In this document: positions 27,875 through 37,473 of the stretch, one piece after another
Position numbering within the stretch: position 1 is the first letter of the stretch
Layout of the letters: every line of letters begins with the position of its first letter
Origin: a virus
Lineage: Duplodnaviria; Caudoviricetes
Length of the DNA stretch: 64,000 nt
IMG/VR virus record: IMGVR_UViG_3300007177_000352
Location: 1 to 64,000 of that record
Strand: one strand, 5' to 3'
Notes under the pieces: model-generated
The model's input: the letters and a program-made list of their open reading frames with translations, nothing else
Told to the model about the DNA's origin: nothing
The model's database searches: none
Translations under genes and position numbers: made by a program

Positions 27875-28371
27875 GTAAAGCAAATGTGAATTGGCAGACC
27901 GTTGGATTTCTGTCGGTTATCTCAGTCCTCTTATTCAGTCTTCCTACCGGGGTAGGCAATGCTATCCTATTTGCGGCAACCAGTGCATTTGGATATTTTA
28001 CACTAGGTAGAATGAATCGTAAGAAGTGGGATAACCCAGCGATTACGAAACAGGAACGCGGTAGGGGAGTGGTACTTATCACTTTCTATACCTTAATGTA
28101 CACTCTTCTGGAAATAAGCTGGGTGATACAGAAGAATGGTGAATTGATAGGTAGCACCATAAATATAACGTGGGCATTACTAGAAGGTATTCAGGGAATC
28201 ATACTGATGTATTTGCTGTTTCAAGTGAACCTAGAGTTGAACTACTATGGGAACACGGATTACAGTGACGAGGGGTTCTTAACCAAGGTATTGAAAGGAC
28301 GTTTTTACAAACAAAGCAATTGGCCTCAAAAACCTAAGTCACGTAATAAAAACAATTCTACTAATAGATAA
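27871..28371 (+). CDS. membrane protein
   Basis: about 4 hydrophobic segments; ATGA-type overlap. Confidence 0.55.
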   Translation: MSKANVNWQTVGFLSVISVLLFSLPTGVGNAILFAATSAFGYFTLGRMNRKKWDNPAITKQERGRGVVLITFYTLMYTLLEISWVIQKNGELIGSTINITWALLEGIQGIILMYLLFQVNLELNYYGNTDYSDEGFLTKVLKGRFYKQSNWPQKPKSRNKNNSTNR

Positions 28372-28391
28372 CAGAAGACAGAGGACAGACG

Positions 28392-28754
28392 ATGGAAGTG
28401 ATTAAATACTACCTAATGGTTATATGGGTGTGGTTAAAAGGGTTGCTGAATGTGCAAAACGATAGTGACCTGCTGTGGCTACTCATTAACAAACTGATTA
28501 CCCCAGATGTGCAAGCTCTCTTGACTGAGTTGATAAAGGAGGCATCCAGAATAGACATGAGTCCTATGGAAAAGAAACGCTACGTTATGCAGAGGTTAGA
28601 CACTTTGCAGTCTCAGTTGCAGACCAATATCTACCTTATGAGGGGGGAGACTTTAAGCATGGCCGTGAATATTATGGTTGAATATTTGCAGTTACATGGG
28701 GAGTTAAAACATCATACCAAGGTGGAGGTTAAGGAGGTTAAAAATGAGATTTAA
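28392..28754 (+). CDS. hypothetical protein
   Basis: GAGGA SD; coupled to portal. Confidence 0.55.
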   Translation: MEVIKYYLMVIWVWLKGLLNVQNDSDLLWLLINKLITPDVQALLTELIKEASRIDMSPMEKKRYVMQRLDTLQSQLQTNIYLMRGETLSMAVNIMVEYLQLHGELKHHTKVEVKEVKNEI

Positions 28755-30591
28755 AAACAGGCCACGACCTTATGCTGATATAATGGAGGCGTATCAATTC
28801 AGTGCTCCTCTCCCTTCTGAATTGCAGATGCAACAGGCCATATTGAATTGGCAAAAGCAAACTCAAGGTGGAGGAGAGGTGAATGGAGGTGAGGCGATTG
28901 GTATGCAAGTCACCCGAATTGAGAATGACCCTGACTTCATATATGCGCTCCCTTACGTCCTTAACCCCGACCCGGTTTTAGCAAAGCTAGGCTATTCACA
29001 GACGATTCCCGTCTATGAGTGGTTAGCAGAGGATGCACATATCGCTGGTATCATTCAAAGAATGTATGCCGGGTTAGTCAGGTTTGAAGCGCATGTGCAA
29101 CCGGGTGGCTTGCGTAAAGTAGATAAACTGGCCGCGGCTTTGTGCGAAAAGATTTTAGATAGACCACCTTCTCCTAACTTCGGGTGGAATGAGTTATATT
29201 TTAAGATGTATGAGGCCGTGTTATATGGCTTTGACCTAAAAGAAATCGTATGGGATTATTCAGGCAAGTATCTTATACCAGTGGAGTTGATTGATGTACC
29301 ACGCCGGCGGGTCCTATTCACGCCCTATGGATTGCCATTGATTCGCACCCGCGGGAACTTTTTAGGTGAGGCTCTTAATCCTAATAATTACCTCCTCACT
29401 CGTCACCGACACACAGTGGATAATCCTTATGGATTTGCCGCGCTATCATCTTGTTATTGGCTAGTGAATTTCAAGAGGATGGTAATGGAGTACTATGTAA
29501 AGTTTATAGAGAGGCATGGTAGTCCGTGGGCCATTGGGAAGTATCCTCCTGGCACTGATGCCGCGAGTATTGATACCATTCTAAACCAGTTGGCTAGTAT
29601 GCTTGATTCCGCTTGCGCGGCGGTACCGGATAACGTTGCAGTGGAATTTATGGAAGCGAAGTCGTCTGGTGAAAAGATGATTCATAGTGGCTTCATAGAT
29701 GTGGTGAATAGTGAGTTATCTAAAGCGATTCTCTCCTCCACGTTAGGAGTTGAGATTACTGACCAAGGTTCAAGAGCGGCGGCGGCGACTCATTTAGAAT
29801 CCGAAGCAATGGTGACAGAGGCACATCGTAAGCTGGTCGCGGCTAGTATGAATAAACTGTTTAGGCTGGTGACGGATTTCAACTTTGGGGAGAAGGTGAG
29901 GTCTCCTTATTTTGAGTTTTATGAGGAGAGTGAAGCTAAGAAGGTAGTGGCAGAGAGTTTTGATATTATTCGTAAGTACCTCCCTATATCGTTACAGTTC
30001 GCCAGTGACCGATTGCAAGTTGAGTTGGCATCCGCAGGGGAGACAATCCTACCTGGGTATGAAGGCGAGTGGGGTGATAAACCAGAAACACCCAAGCCTA
30101 GCACCGTGATAGAGGAGGTAGCAGGTGTGGAGAGTAAAGATGAGGTGGCTGGTGACACAAAACTTGATACCGAGACTGAGTTACCAGACGCCGAGGCACA
30201 AGTGGAAGATGGTTTAGCATTGCCCACCGACCTTGAACATCGTGACACGGTTGCCTTCTCATCCCCTCCTCCGGTTTGTGATTGTGACGAGTGTCATGGT
30301 GACTGTCATTATGATTACAGAGCCGGGACGAGGTGGGTAGATACACTATCCACTGAACCAGTGGATATAGTGAAGTTACGGTCGGCTAAGGTTTATAGTC
30401 AGTTCCTAAATAAGGACTTTCATAGAATGACTGAGATAGTTGAAAACGCATCCTCATTAGAGGAGTTACAACGTGAGTTGTTTAACTTCTATAATGAACC
30501 GCGTCAAGAGGCAACGCAAAACCTAGCACAGGCAATGACGTTAGCTTGGTTACTAGGTTATGAAGCGGAACTCAAGCAAGCTACTTCTTAA
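28744..30591 (+). CDS. portal protein (Mu gp29/DUF935 family)
   Basis: EDAHIAG, AVLYGF...EIVW, NPYGFAAL...YW, FIERHGSPWAIGKY, SKAILSSTL, GSRAAAATH. Confidence 0.9.
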   Translation: MRFKNRPRPYADIMEAYQFSAPLPSELQMQQAILNWQKQTQGGGEVNGGEAIGMQVTRIENDPDFIYALPYVLNPDPVLAKLGYSQTIPVYEWLAEDAHIAGIIQRMYAGLVRFEAHVQPGGLRKVDKLAAALCEKILDRPPSPNFGWNELYFKMYEAVLYGFDLKEIVWDYSGKYLIPVELIDVPRRRVLFTPYGLPLIRTRGNFLGEALNPNNYLLTRHRHTVDNPYGFAALSSCYWLVNFKRMVMEYYVKFIERHGSPWAIGKYPPGTDAASIDTILNQLASMLDSACAAVPDNVAVEFMEAKSSGEKMIHSGFIDVVNSELSKAILSSTLGVEITDQGSRAAAATHLESEAMVTEAHRKLVAASMNKLFRLVTDFNFGEKVRSPYFEFYEESEAKKVVAESFDIIRKYLPISLQFASDRLQVELASAGETILPGYEGEWGDKPETPKPSTVIEEVAGVESKDEVAGDTKLDTETELPDAEAQVEDGLALPTDLEHRDTVAFSSPPPVCDCDECHGDCHYDYRAGTRWVDTLSTEPVDIVKLRSAKVYSQFLNKDFHRMTEIVENASSLEELQRELFNFYNEPRQEATQNLAQAMTLAWLLGYEAELKQATS

Positions 30592-30608
30592 CGATAAAGG
30601 AGACGAAA

Positions 30609-31424
30609 ATGGATGATACCTTTGATTGGCAAACTGTGCAATTCACGGAGGCCATTGATGTTTTGAGTGACAAGGTAAATATACCGGTGGAGGTTAGAGG
30701 ACAAGTTCTAACTGCTATGCAAGAAACAGCATTCTATGTCACTGGAATGACCCGCGCCGATGCAATCAGTGAAGTGCATGATAGTCTAAACAACATCATA
30801 GCCAATGGCGGCACGATTACGGACTTCAAAAGGGACTTCAAGGCAATCGCAGAGAAGACTGGTTTTACTCCAAAGGAGGGAGTGGCAAGGCGAGCGGAGG
30901 TGGTATTTGAAACGAATATTCATACTGCACTCAATGCCGGGTCGATGCAACGTATGAGGGAAACAGCTACCACCCGGCCGTATGCTAGTTTGATGACGGC
31001 GGGTGGGGCCAGGACATGTGGTAATTGTGCAATGATGGGGGGCGTGACGATGACCATTCAGCAATGGGATACCCGCGGCGGACCTCCTTTTCACCATCGT
31101 TGCCGCTGTGAATTAAGGAGCTTCTCTGTCACGCAAATGGAGAAGTACGGATTAAAGGAATTTAACCCTGACACTGACACAATGACCTATCGTGGTAAGA
31201 ATGGTGAGACTAGGCAAGTGAGTATGAAAGACACGTATCAATACGTTAATCCTCATACTGGTAAGACCGAGACCATCCCAGTGGGTATCTCACCCGGTTT
31301 CAATTATGCGAAGGGATTAGGTGGAACGCAACCCGTGAATGATGCCGTGCAAGCCAAAGTGAGTACATTGCCAGCGACTTTACAAACGATGGTCAAGACC
31401 GACTTTGCAAACGGTGGGCAATAA
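30609..31424 (+). CDS. Mu gpF-like head morphogenesis protein
   Basis: AFYVTG, VFETNIHTA.NAG, PPFHHRCRC, PGFNY. Confidence 0.85.
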   Translation: MDDTFDWQTVQFTEAIDVLSDKVNIPVEVRGQVLTAMQETAFYVTGMTRADAISEVHDSLNNIIANGGTITDFKRDFKAIAEKTGFTPKEGVARRAEVVFETNIHTALNAGSMQRMRETATTRPYASLMTAGGARTCGNCAMMGGVTMTIQQWDTRGGPPFHHRCRCELRSFSVTQMEKYGLKEFNPDTDTMTYRGKNGETRQVSMKDTYQYVNPHTGKTETIPVGISPGFNYAKGLGGTQPVNDAVQAKVSTLPATLQTMVKTDFANGGQ

Positions 31425-31425
31425 A

Positions 31426-31455
31426 AAACCGGCGGGTGATTTAACCCGCCGGTTT
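31426..31455. terminator. bidirectional terminator between convergent operons
   Basis: AAACCGGCGGGT/ACCCGCCGGTTT stem. Confidence 0.8.
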
Positions 31456-31458
31456 AAG

Positions 31459-31964
31459 TTAAGCATCCTTACTTGAAAGGAGTGGTTTACGTCGCCGCTC
31501 CTTTGGCCTAACCCACACCCGGGCCATTTGACTCTTAGTCTTCTTAATGGCAGGCATGGCTTCTATCTTCCTAATCCAACCTCTGTCACTTAAAATCCGT
31601 GCCAAAAGATGTTTATCCGGTCTCCTAGTTGATAGGTCATTGGGATAAAACCTTTCTAGGAATGATTGAGTGACAATCTCTTCTGGTGACTCAGTAGAGA
31701 GGTATTCATTGAGAGTCTTTTCTATCTCATTACGCCGAGGGTTAATCCATTTTGGATTAGGTTGGTTACTCCACACCCATCCTCCAGGTGAGTTATATTT
31801 GCAATAACCTCGGTCCTTGAGGACGTGTGATAGCAGGTGTTTATCACCCCGCGGTGGATTAGGGCCCAGCACGTCCTCACTGGTAAAGAGGTCAGCGGAC
31901 GGGTTAATGGTAAGGTATTTTAGAAACTGAGTTTCTATATGTCTCGTCCTGATTTCGTTACTCA
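31459..31964 (-). CDS. protein with two tandem winged-helix-like repeats resembling VapE/primase C-terminal domains
   Basis: DKHLLSHVLKDRGYCK and DKHLLARILSDRGWIRK...RVWVRP; likely start MSNEI. Confidence 0.55.
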
Positions 31965-33226
31965 TTTGGCATCCTCTGTAGATAGGCATTTAAAGTAACT
32001 CGCGCAATACCTGACAGCTTTTGCATTTCAGATATGTTGCCGTTGCAAACACGATGCAATGCGGTAATGTATTGCATCATCAATTGATTCTGGAATTGTT
32101 CCATCACGGTGGCTTTGTTCGGAATAGAGTTAAATCTTAGAACAAAACCAGTGTCAGTCGCCTCCTTATCCACCTCCACCGTCTCGGCTGGCGTAACATC
32201 CATATCGTCACTGCCATTCAGCATGTCTTTTACTAGCTTGACACTCACCTCACCCTCCTCCTTAAAAATCGCAATCCGTTGGCAAACTTGTTTCAACTCA
32301 CGGACGTTGCCAGGCCAATTTAGACCGGTCAAGTAGTCCACCGCCTTTTCGCTGAATTGCACTCCCGTTAGGAACGTCTTTAGGAGTAACGGAATATCCT
32401 CTCTTCTCGTGCGCAACGAAGGCACTTCAATGGTGAATCCATTGAGTCTATAGTAAAGGTCTTCCCTGAATTTACGTTCCCTGACTAGTTGCTTTAGTGA
32501 GTGGTGAGTCGCGCAAATAACACGCGCACTGGTATGCTGTGCCTTAGTATCGCCCACTTTGACGTAAGTACCGTTTTCAAGTACCCTTAGCAACTGGGCC
32601 TGGCATTGCATTGGCATGTCACCCACCTCGTCCAAAAATAGGGTGCCGCCATTGGCCTCCTCAAATAACCCAATCTTATTTCTGTCTGCCCCCGTGAAGG
32701 CGCCCTTGACATGACCAAAGAGTTCTGAATTAAGAAGCTCCGCCGTGAAGCCGGCGCAGTTTATTTTCACAAACTCACCTTGACGGCCTGACAGGCTATG
32801 CAGGTCGGTTGCAACTAATTCTTTACCTACCCCCGTTTCCCCATGAATGTACACTGGGATTGCATGGGGGGCGAGCTTCGCAATGACCTTTTTTAAGTCG
32901 TTAATGGGCTTGGATTCGCCAATGATGCAACTGGTGATTTTTAATCCCAAAGCACGCTTGAGGTCGTCCACCGTGAATGGATTGACCAGCGGGGTGAGGT
33001 TTTGTTGACGGTGGTAGTTTGCCTTTTCTGATGTGCAAATGATTATCCCCTCCGTCGGCGCGAAGCTCTCGTCAACTATCTGTATATCCGCCTCCCCAGT
33101 AAACTCGTCAAATTGACGGAAGGAGGTGATGGCCATCGTGTGGTATCCCAACGATTTGGCAGCTTTTTCTAATGATACCGCTAAATCCTGCGAAGGTGTT
33201 GCTATTAATATTGTCTGCTTTTTCAT
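31958..33226 (-). CDS. sigma54-dependent enhancer-binding protein (NtrC-like AAA+ with Fis-type HTH)
   Basis: Walker [22 protein letters not shown] (intact GAFTGA), [26 protein letters not shown]-terminal [17 protein letters not shown]; degenerate receiver-like N-terminus. Confidence 0.95.
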   Translation of the reverse strand: MKKQTILIATPSQDLAVSLEKAAKSLGYHTMAITSFRQFDEFTGEADIQIVDESFAPTEGIIICTSEKANYHRQQNLTPLVNPFTVDDLKRALGLKITSCIIGESKPINDLKKVIAKLAPHAIPVYIHGETGVGKELVATDLHSLSGRQGEFVKINCAGFTAELLNSELFGHVKGAFTGADRNKIGLFEEANGGTLFLDEVGDMPMQCQAQLLRVLENGTYVKVGDTKAQHTSARVICATHHSLKQLVRERKFREDLYYRLNGFTIEVPSLRTRREDIPLLLKTFLTGVQFSEKAVDYLTGLNWPGNVRELKQVCQRIAIFKEEGEVSVKLVKDMLNGSDDMDVTPAETVEVDKEATDTGFVLRFNSIPNKATVMEQFQNQLMMQYITALHRVCNGNISEMQKLSGIARVTLNAYLQRMPNE

Positions 33227-33256
33227 GTGATTAATACCGCTGTTTGCTTACTCCCT

Positions 33257-33310
33257 ATAATATAGTATTATTTTTCTATTTTTCAATACACTTTAATAAA
33301 AAAAATTTTC
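33257..33310 (-). promoter_or_regulatory. early-type sigma70 promoter of the enhancer-binding protein gene
   Basis: TTGAAA (33286-33281), TATATT/TATTAT at 16/18 bp; CAATACACTTTAA identical to array copy 3. Confidence 0.6.
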
Positions 33311-33338
33311 GTATATCCACTTTATCGCCGCGGTGGTA

Positions 33339-33455
33339 AAAAAATACCCATACCGCGGGGGGCGGTAGGGGGTATTTTCACAGTGAAAATAGTCTTATGC
33401 AAATTAATGAAATAAAAAACCGCCAGTGAGTGATAAAACTCACTGGCGGTTTTTT
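33339..33455. terminator. two consecutive hairpin terminators
   Basis: AAAATACCCATACCGC/GCGGTAGGGGGTATTTT and AAAAAACCGCCAGTGAGT/ACTCACTGGCGGTTTTTT. Confidence 0.75.
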
Positions 33456-33723
33456 AGTTGGCCTTGATTTTTAAGGAATCTAAAACCAATATACCCATTC
33501 CAGAAAGAATTAACATGAAACCACCGAAGGCAAAACCGAGAGTCTTTATCTCCTCATAAAAATGAGGAGGCATCGGTATCATTGATATATATGCTAGGGT
33601 AAATAATAAAAGCCCACCTACAAGGTGTGGCATGGCCTTGCAAGCCACTTTCAATTCTTCAATCGTTTTCAATTGCATCTTTAATCCTCCATTTATTAAG
33701 TGGGCGGCGAGACAGTTCGCCAC
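33454..33723 (-). CDS. small two-TM membrane protein
   Basis: GGAGG SD before internal ATG (MQLKT); two hydrophobic helices. Confidence 0.5.
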   Translation of the reverse strand: MANCLAAHLINGGLKMQLKTIEELKVACKAMPHLVGGLLLFTLAYISMIPMPPHFYEEIKTLGFAFGGFMLILSGMGILVLDSLKIKAN

Positions 33724-33777
33724 CTACTTAAATAGTAACGTCAAGTTTATCAAAAGTCAATACCCTTTCAAAATTTT

Positions 33778-34299
33778 TTACACTCCTCCCCTTTCTATCC
33801 ACCGACCCAATAACCAGAGTAAATCAGATAGCCTATTTAGGTATTGAATAACCAGTGGACTGACATACTCACCAGTGTCTTTTAACGCAACCGCGGTACG
33901 TTCCACCCGACGGCATACCGTCCTAGCTACCTCCAAAAAAGCTACGTCCACTCGGTCGCCAGGTATCGCCCAATCGTACTCACCTTTATTCAACTGGTAT
34001 CTACTCCGTAGGTTTTCTAAACTGGGGAGTAATTGGTTTTCAGTCAAGAGAGCGTGAATCTTGCATTTGCTATCGGGCGACGCTAGGGAGGAGCCGATGT
34101 TAAATAGCTGGCTTTGCAGTGTCTTTAAAAGAGTAAAGACCTCACTCTTAGATTTGTTGAATGCCCTTGCCACTCCTAAGTTTGCAACCAGTTCGTCTAT
34201 CTCACCAGTCACCTGTATTCTTAGGTCGGCCTTTGATACACGACCGGGCCCTATAAGTCCTGTTTGCCCATTGTCACCATCACGGGTTGTTATACTCAT
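33778..34299 (-). CDS. pduO: ATP:cob(I)alamin adenosyltransferase, PduO/MMAB type
   Basis: ITTRDGDNGQTGL, RVSKAD.RI...GEIDEL, LQSQLFNIGSSLA, ARTVCRRVER, YLNRLSDLLW; GAGG SD before ATG 34299. Confidence 0.92.
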   Translation of the reverse strand: MSITTRDGDNGQTGLIGPGRVSKADLRIQVTGEIDELVANLGVARAFNKSKSEVFTLLKTLQSQLFNIGSSLASPDSKCKIHALLTENQLLPSLENLRSRYQLNKGEYDWAIPGDRVDVAFLEVARTVCRRVERTAVALKDTGEYVSPLVIQYLNRLSDLLWLLGRWIERGGV

Positions 34300-34411
34300 A
34301 CTCGCCTCTAATAAAAGAACCTTGAAATTGATAAATATGTAGTCCAAACCATCAATCATCAATCTAACCAACCCCGCTAGTTTATAAGACTAGCGGGGTT
34401 TTTTATTGGGA

Positions 34412-36403
34412 TTAGCTAATCACACCACATACGCCGTTGTCACAATTATCGGTGCCAGCATCGCGGTCAAAGCCTTGACTAGCACTAAACCGTTCCCAAT
34501 CAATGGGCTTGAGTTTAGTTGAGTAGGCATTAAACACCGCTTCGCTGACCGGGGTCTGTGGCAAGTATAATCCGGGGGTGACATTCTTTAGGTCAAACCG
34601 CGGCATAAACGCCGTCCCTACATACGAATCCCAATTCTTGTGTAACCAGTCGGCTATTGAAGGTATCTCGTCAGGGAGGTACGTTATTGTGCAACTGGCA
34701 TTCGTGTCGCACCAATTGTCCATCATCCGCCGATAGTTTTCTAACTGGTCAAGGGCACCGTGTCTCTCCACCTCCACCCCGTCGCTATCCATTCGCCACT
34801 TGAAGTTTGGATTATCCCATTTGATAGGGAAGTTGATTAGCACGTTGCCGGGTGTCAAGGGATTGGGCTTGACCTCGTAGCCGTGCGATTCTAAGAGAGA
34901 GACCACAGGGTCGTCGCTGTTAAAATTCTGGTAGTTAAAGATGTGCTTCGCCAGTGGGTGATGTAATCCCTCACTCACCCCCGCGGCTTTGCCAGCTGTG
35001 CCATCGGGCTTGACCGTGGTGACGTAATAGGGGAGAGGTAGGCCCAACTCTCTGGCCATTGAGTGCGCACCGTGAGTCGCCGCCGCCCGAAGTCGCCGCC
35101 ATTGTGCCTGCGTAAGTCCACTCTCGGCCACGCCCATGACGCCCAGACCTACCAGACGGAAGTGTTGATTGTTGCGGTGCCAACGTTCACTTAATACACC
35201 GTCTTTTAGGTCAACGCACGTTTGTACATACGCCGCCCGTGCTAAATAGTATGCAGTGTCAAATAACTCAGTCAGGTTATGCCATGCCGACTGGGCGACA
35301 TTTAAGACCACTTGGTTGCATAACCCACCATTGACCAATGGCTGTTCACCGCACGGGTTTATCACGATAGCGTCTTCAAAACGAGACCGTAACGCTTCAG
35401 TATTGCAGATACCTGGATCACCACTGTCTCCATTTTCTAGGATTGTTTGCATAAGCTCATGGAGTGTGGATAAGCTAGGCCGCGTCTCAAATAGCACCGT
35501 GTTGTTAGTCATCCCCCGCCACATCTTGTTAACCTCCCAGAATTTACGCTTGACACTCATAAACTGGTCGATGTCACGATGGGTATTGGATAGCATCACC
35601 AAGCCAGCGGAACGCCGACTTGATAGGGTCTCGCCGGTTAAGGCAAATATGTCCAGGAGGTCTATGACGGATAACGCACGACCTACCCTGCTATTTAAGA
35701 TATGGGCAATTATCTCAAAGGAACGCGCTATCTTTTCGTCCCCACTGGTTCGCCAGCCATAGCCGCTAGTCACCTGTCCCTTGCCGCGGATTTCTGAAAA
35801 ATCTAAGACCAGTTTTTTGGCAATGACATTCCTGCCCTCATACTCATGGGCCACTAGCTTCCCCAATGCCTTCGCCCATGCCACTGCACTGTCGCCTACC
35901 TTGATTGTCCACACGCCGTCGGTCAAGGTCTCCTCATTTTTGGGATTGCCTTTCTCAACACGATTTGAATGGATAACCTGTATCTCTGGAATTGGTTGTG
36001 CGAAGCCAAACAGGCAACCACTCTGGGGACGAATGGATACCCCGCAACCTTGCAATAGCAACCAATAGGCGTCTACCACATCATAGACCGTCTCGTACTG
36101 CAAGCCGGCGCAATTAAATGATGTGACCTCCACCTCACGGGATTTTTCAGTGTCACCCATCCATTTGACCCGGCCTGCTAAAAAGCCCCGCCGTTCCATT
36201 TGAATTTGATGCAAGATGGTCAACTCGCGTTCCTCTGCTACGTTCAAAGGACGGCCTAGTTGACGCTCCCGTAGCCATCTTTGATGACGGCCTACCCTAT
36301 GGTAAATATCCTTCCTGGATTCCAGTTGACCATTGGGGAGTACACGGGCGTATTTTTGCAATTCCGTTACCATTGCCCTGACTTCTTTCGAGTCCATTAG
36401 CAT
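34412..36403 (-). CDS. nrdJ: class II (adenosylcobalamin-dependent) ribonucleotide reductase, monomeric RTPR type
   Basis: SFNC, NPCGEQPL (thiyl Cys), LCNQ, TTVKPDGT, C-terminal CDNGVC pair; no beta subunit or activase nearby. Confidence 0.88.
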   Translation of the reverse strand: MLMDSKEVRAMVTELQKYARVLPNGQLESRKDIYHRVGRHQRWLRERQLGRPLNVAEERELTILHQIQMERRGFLAGRVKWMGDTEKSREVEVTSFNCAGLQYETVYDVVDAYWLLLQGCGVSIRPQSGCLFGFAQPIPEIQVIHSNRVEKGNPKNEETLTDGVWTIKVGDSAVAWAKALGKLVAHEYEGRNVIAKKLVLDFSEIRGKGQVTSGYGWRTSGDEKIARSFEIIAHILNSRVGRALSVIDLLDIFALTGETLSSRRSAGLVMLSNTHRDIDQFMSVKRKFWEVNKMWRGMTNNTVLFETRPSLSTLHELMQTILENGDSGDPGICNTEALRSRFEDAIVINPCGEQPLVNGGLCNQVVLNVAQSAWHNLTELFDTAYYLARAAYVQTCVDLKDGVLSERWHRNNQHFRLVGLGVMGVAESGLTQAQWRRLRAAATHGAHSMARELGLPLPYYVTTVKPDGTAGKAAGVSEGLHHPLAKHIFNYQNFNSDDPVVSLLESHGYEVKPNPLTPGNVLINFPIKWDNPNFKWRMDSDGVEVERHGALDQLENYRRMMDNWCDTNASCTITYLPDEIPSIADWLHKNWDSYVGTAFMPRFDLKNVTPGLYLPQTPVSEAVFNAYSTKLKPIDWERFSASQGFDRDAGTDNCDNGVCGVIS

Positions 36404-36465
36404 ATCTGTTATTTCCTCTATATAAGGAGTTGTTAATAAAATTGTATAGTGATTTTACATCGATG

Positions 36466-36765
36466 TTAATCGCATTGCGTTTCTAGCCACGTCAATGCCC
36501 TCTCGTACAACTCGTAAGGATGCGCAGAGCCTTGATTTATGCGGTGTTTCAGACTCTGTATGAAGCGGTTAGCTAGTGCGAGAGGGTCCGCCGCCTTGGT
36601 TAGCAGTTTCTCTATATAGTTATTATTGCCAAATCCGTGCCCATAAATCTTATGCAGTTCAGAGGCAATTAGCGCGGTGGCATCGGTTGCTACATGGGCA
36701 TGGGGGACATGGGTTATTGTGCCATCATGGTTCACAAAGCAGTATTGTACTCGTTTATTTTTCAC
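36466..36765 (-). CDS. hypothetical protein
   Basis: 99-aa ORF upstream of nrdJ, same strand. Confidence 0.45.
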   Translation of the reverse strand: MKNKRVQYCFVNHDGTITHVPHAHVATDATALIASELHKIYGHGFGNNNYIEKLLTKAADPLALANRFIQSLKHRINQGSAHPYELYERALTWLETQCD

Positions 36766-36799
36766 GGTTAAGTTGAAAATACTTTGACGTTTAGTGGTG

Positions 36800-37330
36800 A
36801 TTATATCTGTCTAGGTCCCTTTGGCTTGTATAGGTCCAAGACTTTATGTCTATGACCTAGTTTGCGAGTCCTAGACATTGGAAACCCGCATGGATAAAGG
36901 CTTGTAAGGTCCGTGAAGGTCAAAAGGCACTTTTCGAACTTCTTTCTATAGAAAGTTTTTTTCAAAAAAGATTGCATAATATATTATCTTAAAAAGGACC
37001 TATACGACCTATACAGACCTTACAAGCCTTTATCCATGCGGTTCTTAGAGTGTATAGGACCTCTTTAAGAGACTCATACACGTCTAGGTCCCTCTATTTT
37101 AGAAAAAAGTCCTTAGAATAGTTGAATCTCTAATCCATTCAAAGACTTACCTAAGATTGCCATGATACTGTCTAGGTCCAGGTCCTCTACAATCCGTTTC
37201 AAAAAAGTTGTCAATTTGGGTACTTTTTCGTTTACAGAAACCTAGCAACCATGCGGTTCTTAGCATACCCATCGAGGCACTTTTCACACTGTCTAGGTCC
37301 TAGACGGCGTGAATGCCCTAGACAAGATTG
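36800..37330. other. putative replication origin B, homologous to origin A
   Basis: multiple GT(C/A)TAGGTCC iterons; perfect 26-bp inverted repeat 36886-36911/37016-37041 around AT-rich spacer; core similar to 6860-6990. Confidence 0.65.
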
Positions 37331-37404
37331 ACGGCCTTTTAAGTTTTTCAGTCGCCAGTCACTAGTCCTACCTATACAATTTTTTTAAAATTTTTCTGAA
37401 ACTA

Positions 37405-37433
37405 TTGACAATTGATTTGGTATCAAATATACT
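37405..37433 (+). promoter_or_regulatory. near-consensus sigma70 promoter of dnaN
   Basis: TTGACA (37405-37410), 17 bp, TATACT (37428-37433). Confidence 0.8.
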
Positions 37434-37473
37434 ATCAATAATAGTAAAAATTACCTCACCTATAAACCATCTT

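Noticed and set aside
37405-37473. N-terminal extension of DnaN in the ORF track
   Set aside because: The TTG start is the -35 hexamer of the promoter; homology begins at ATG 37474.
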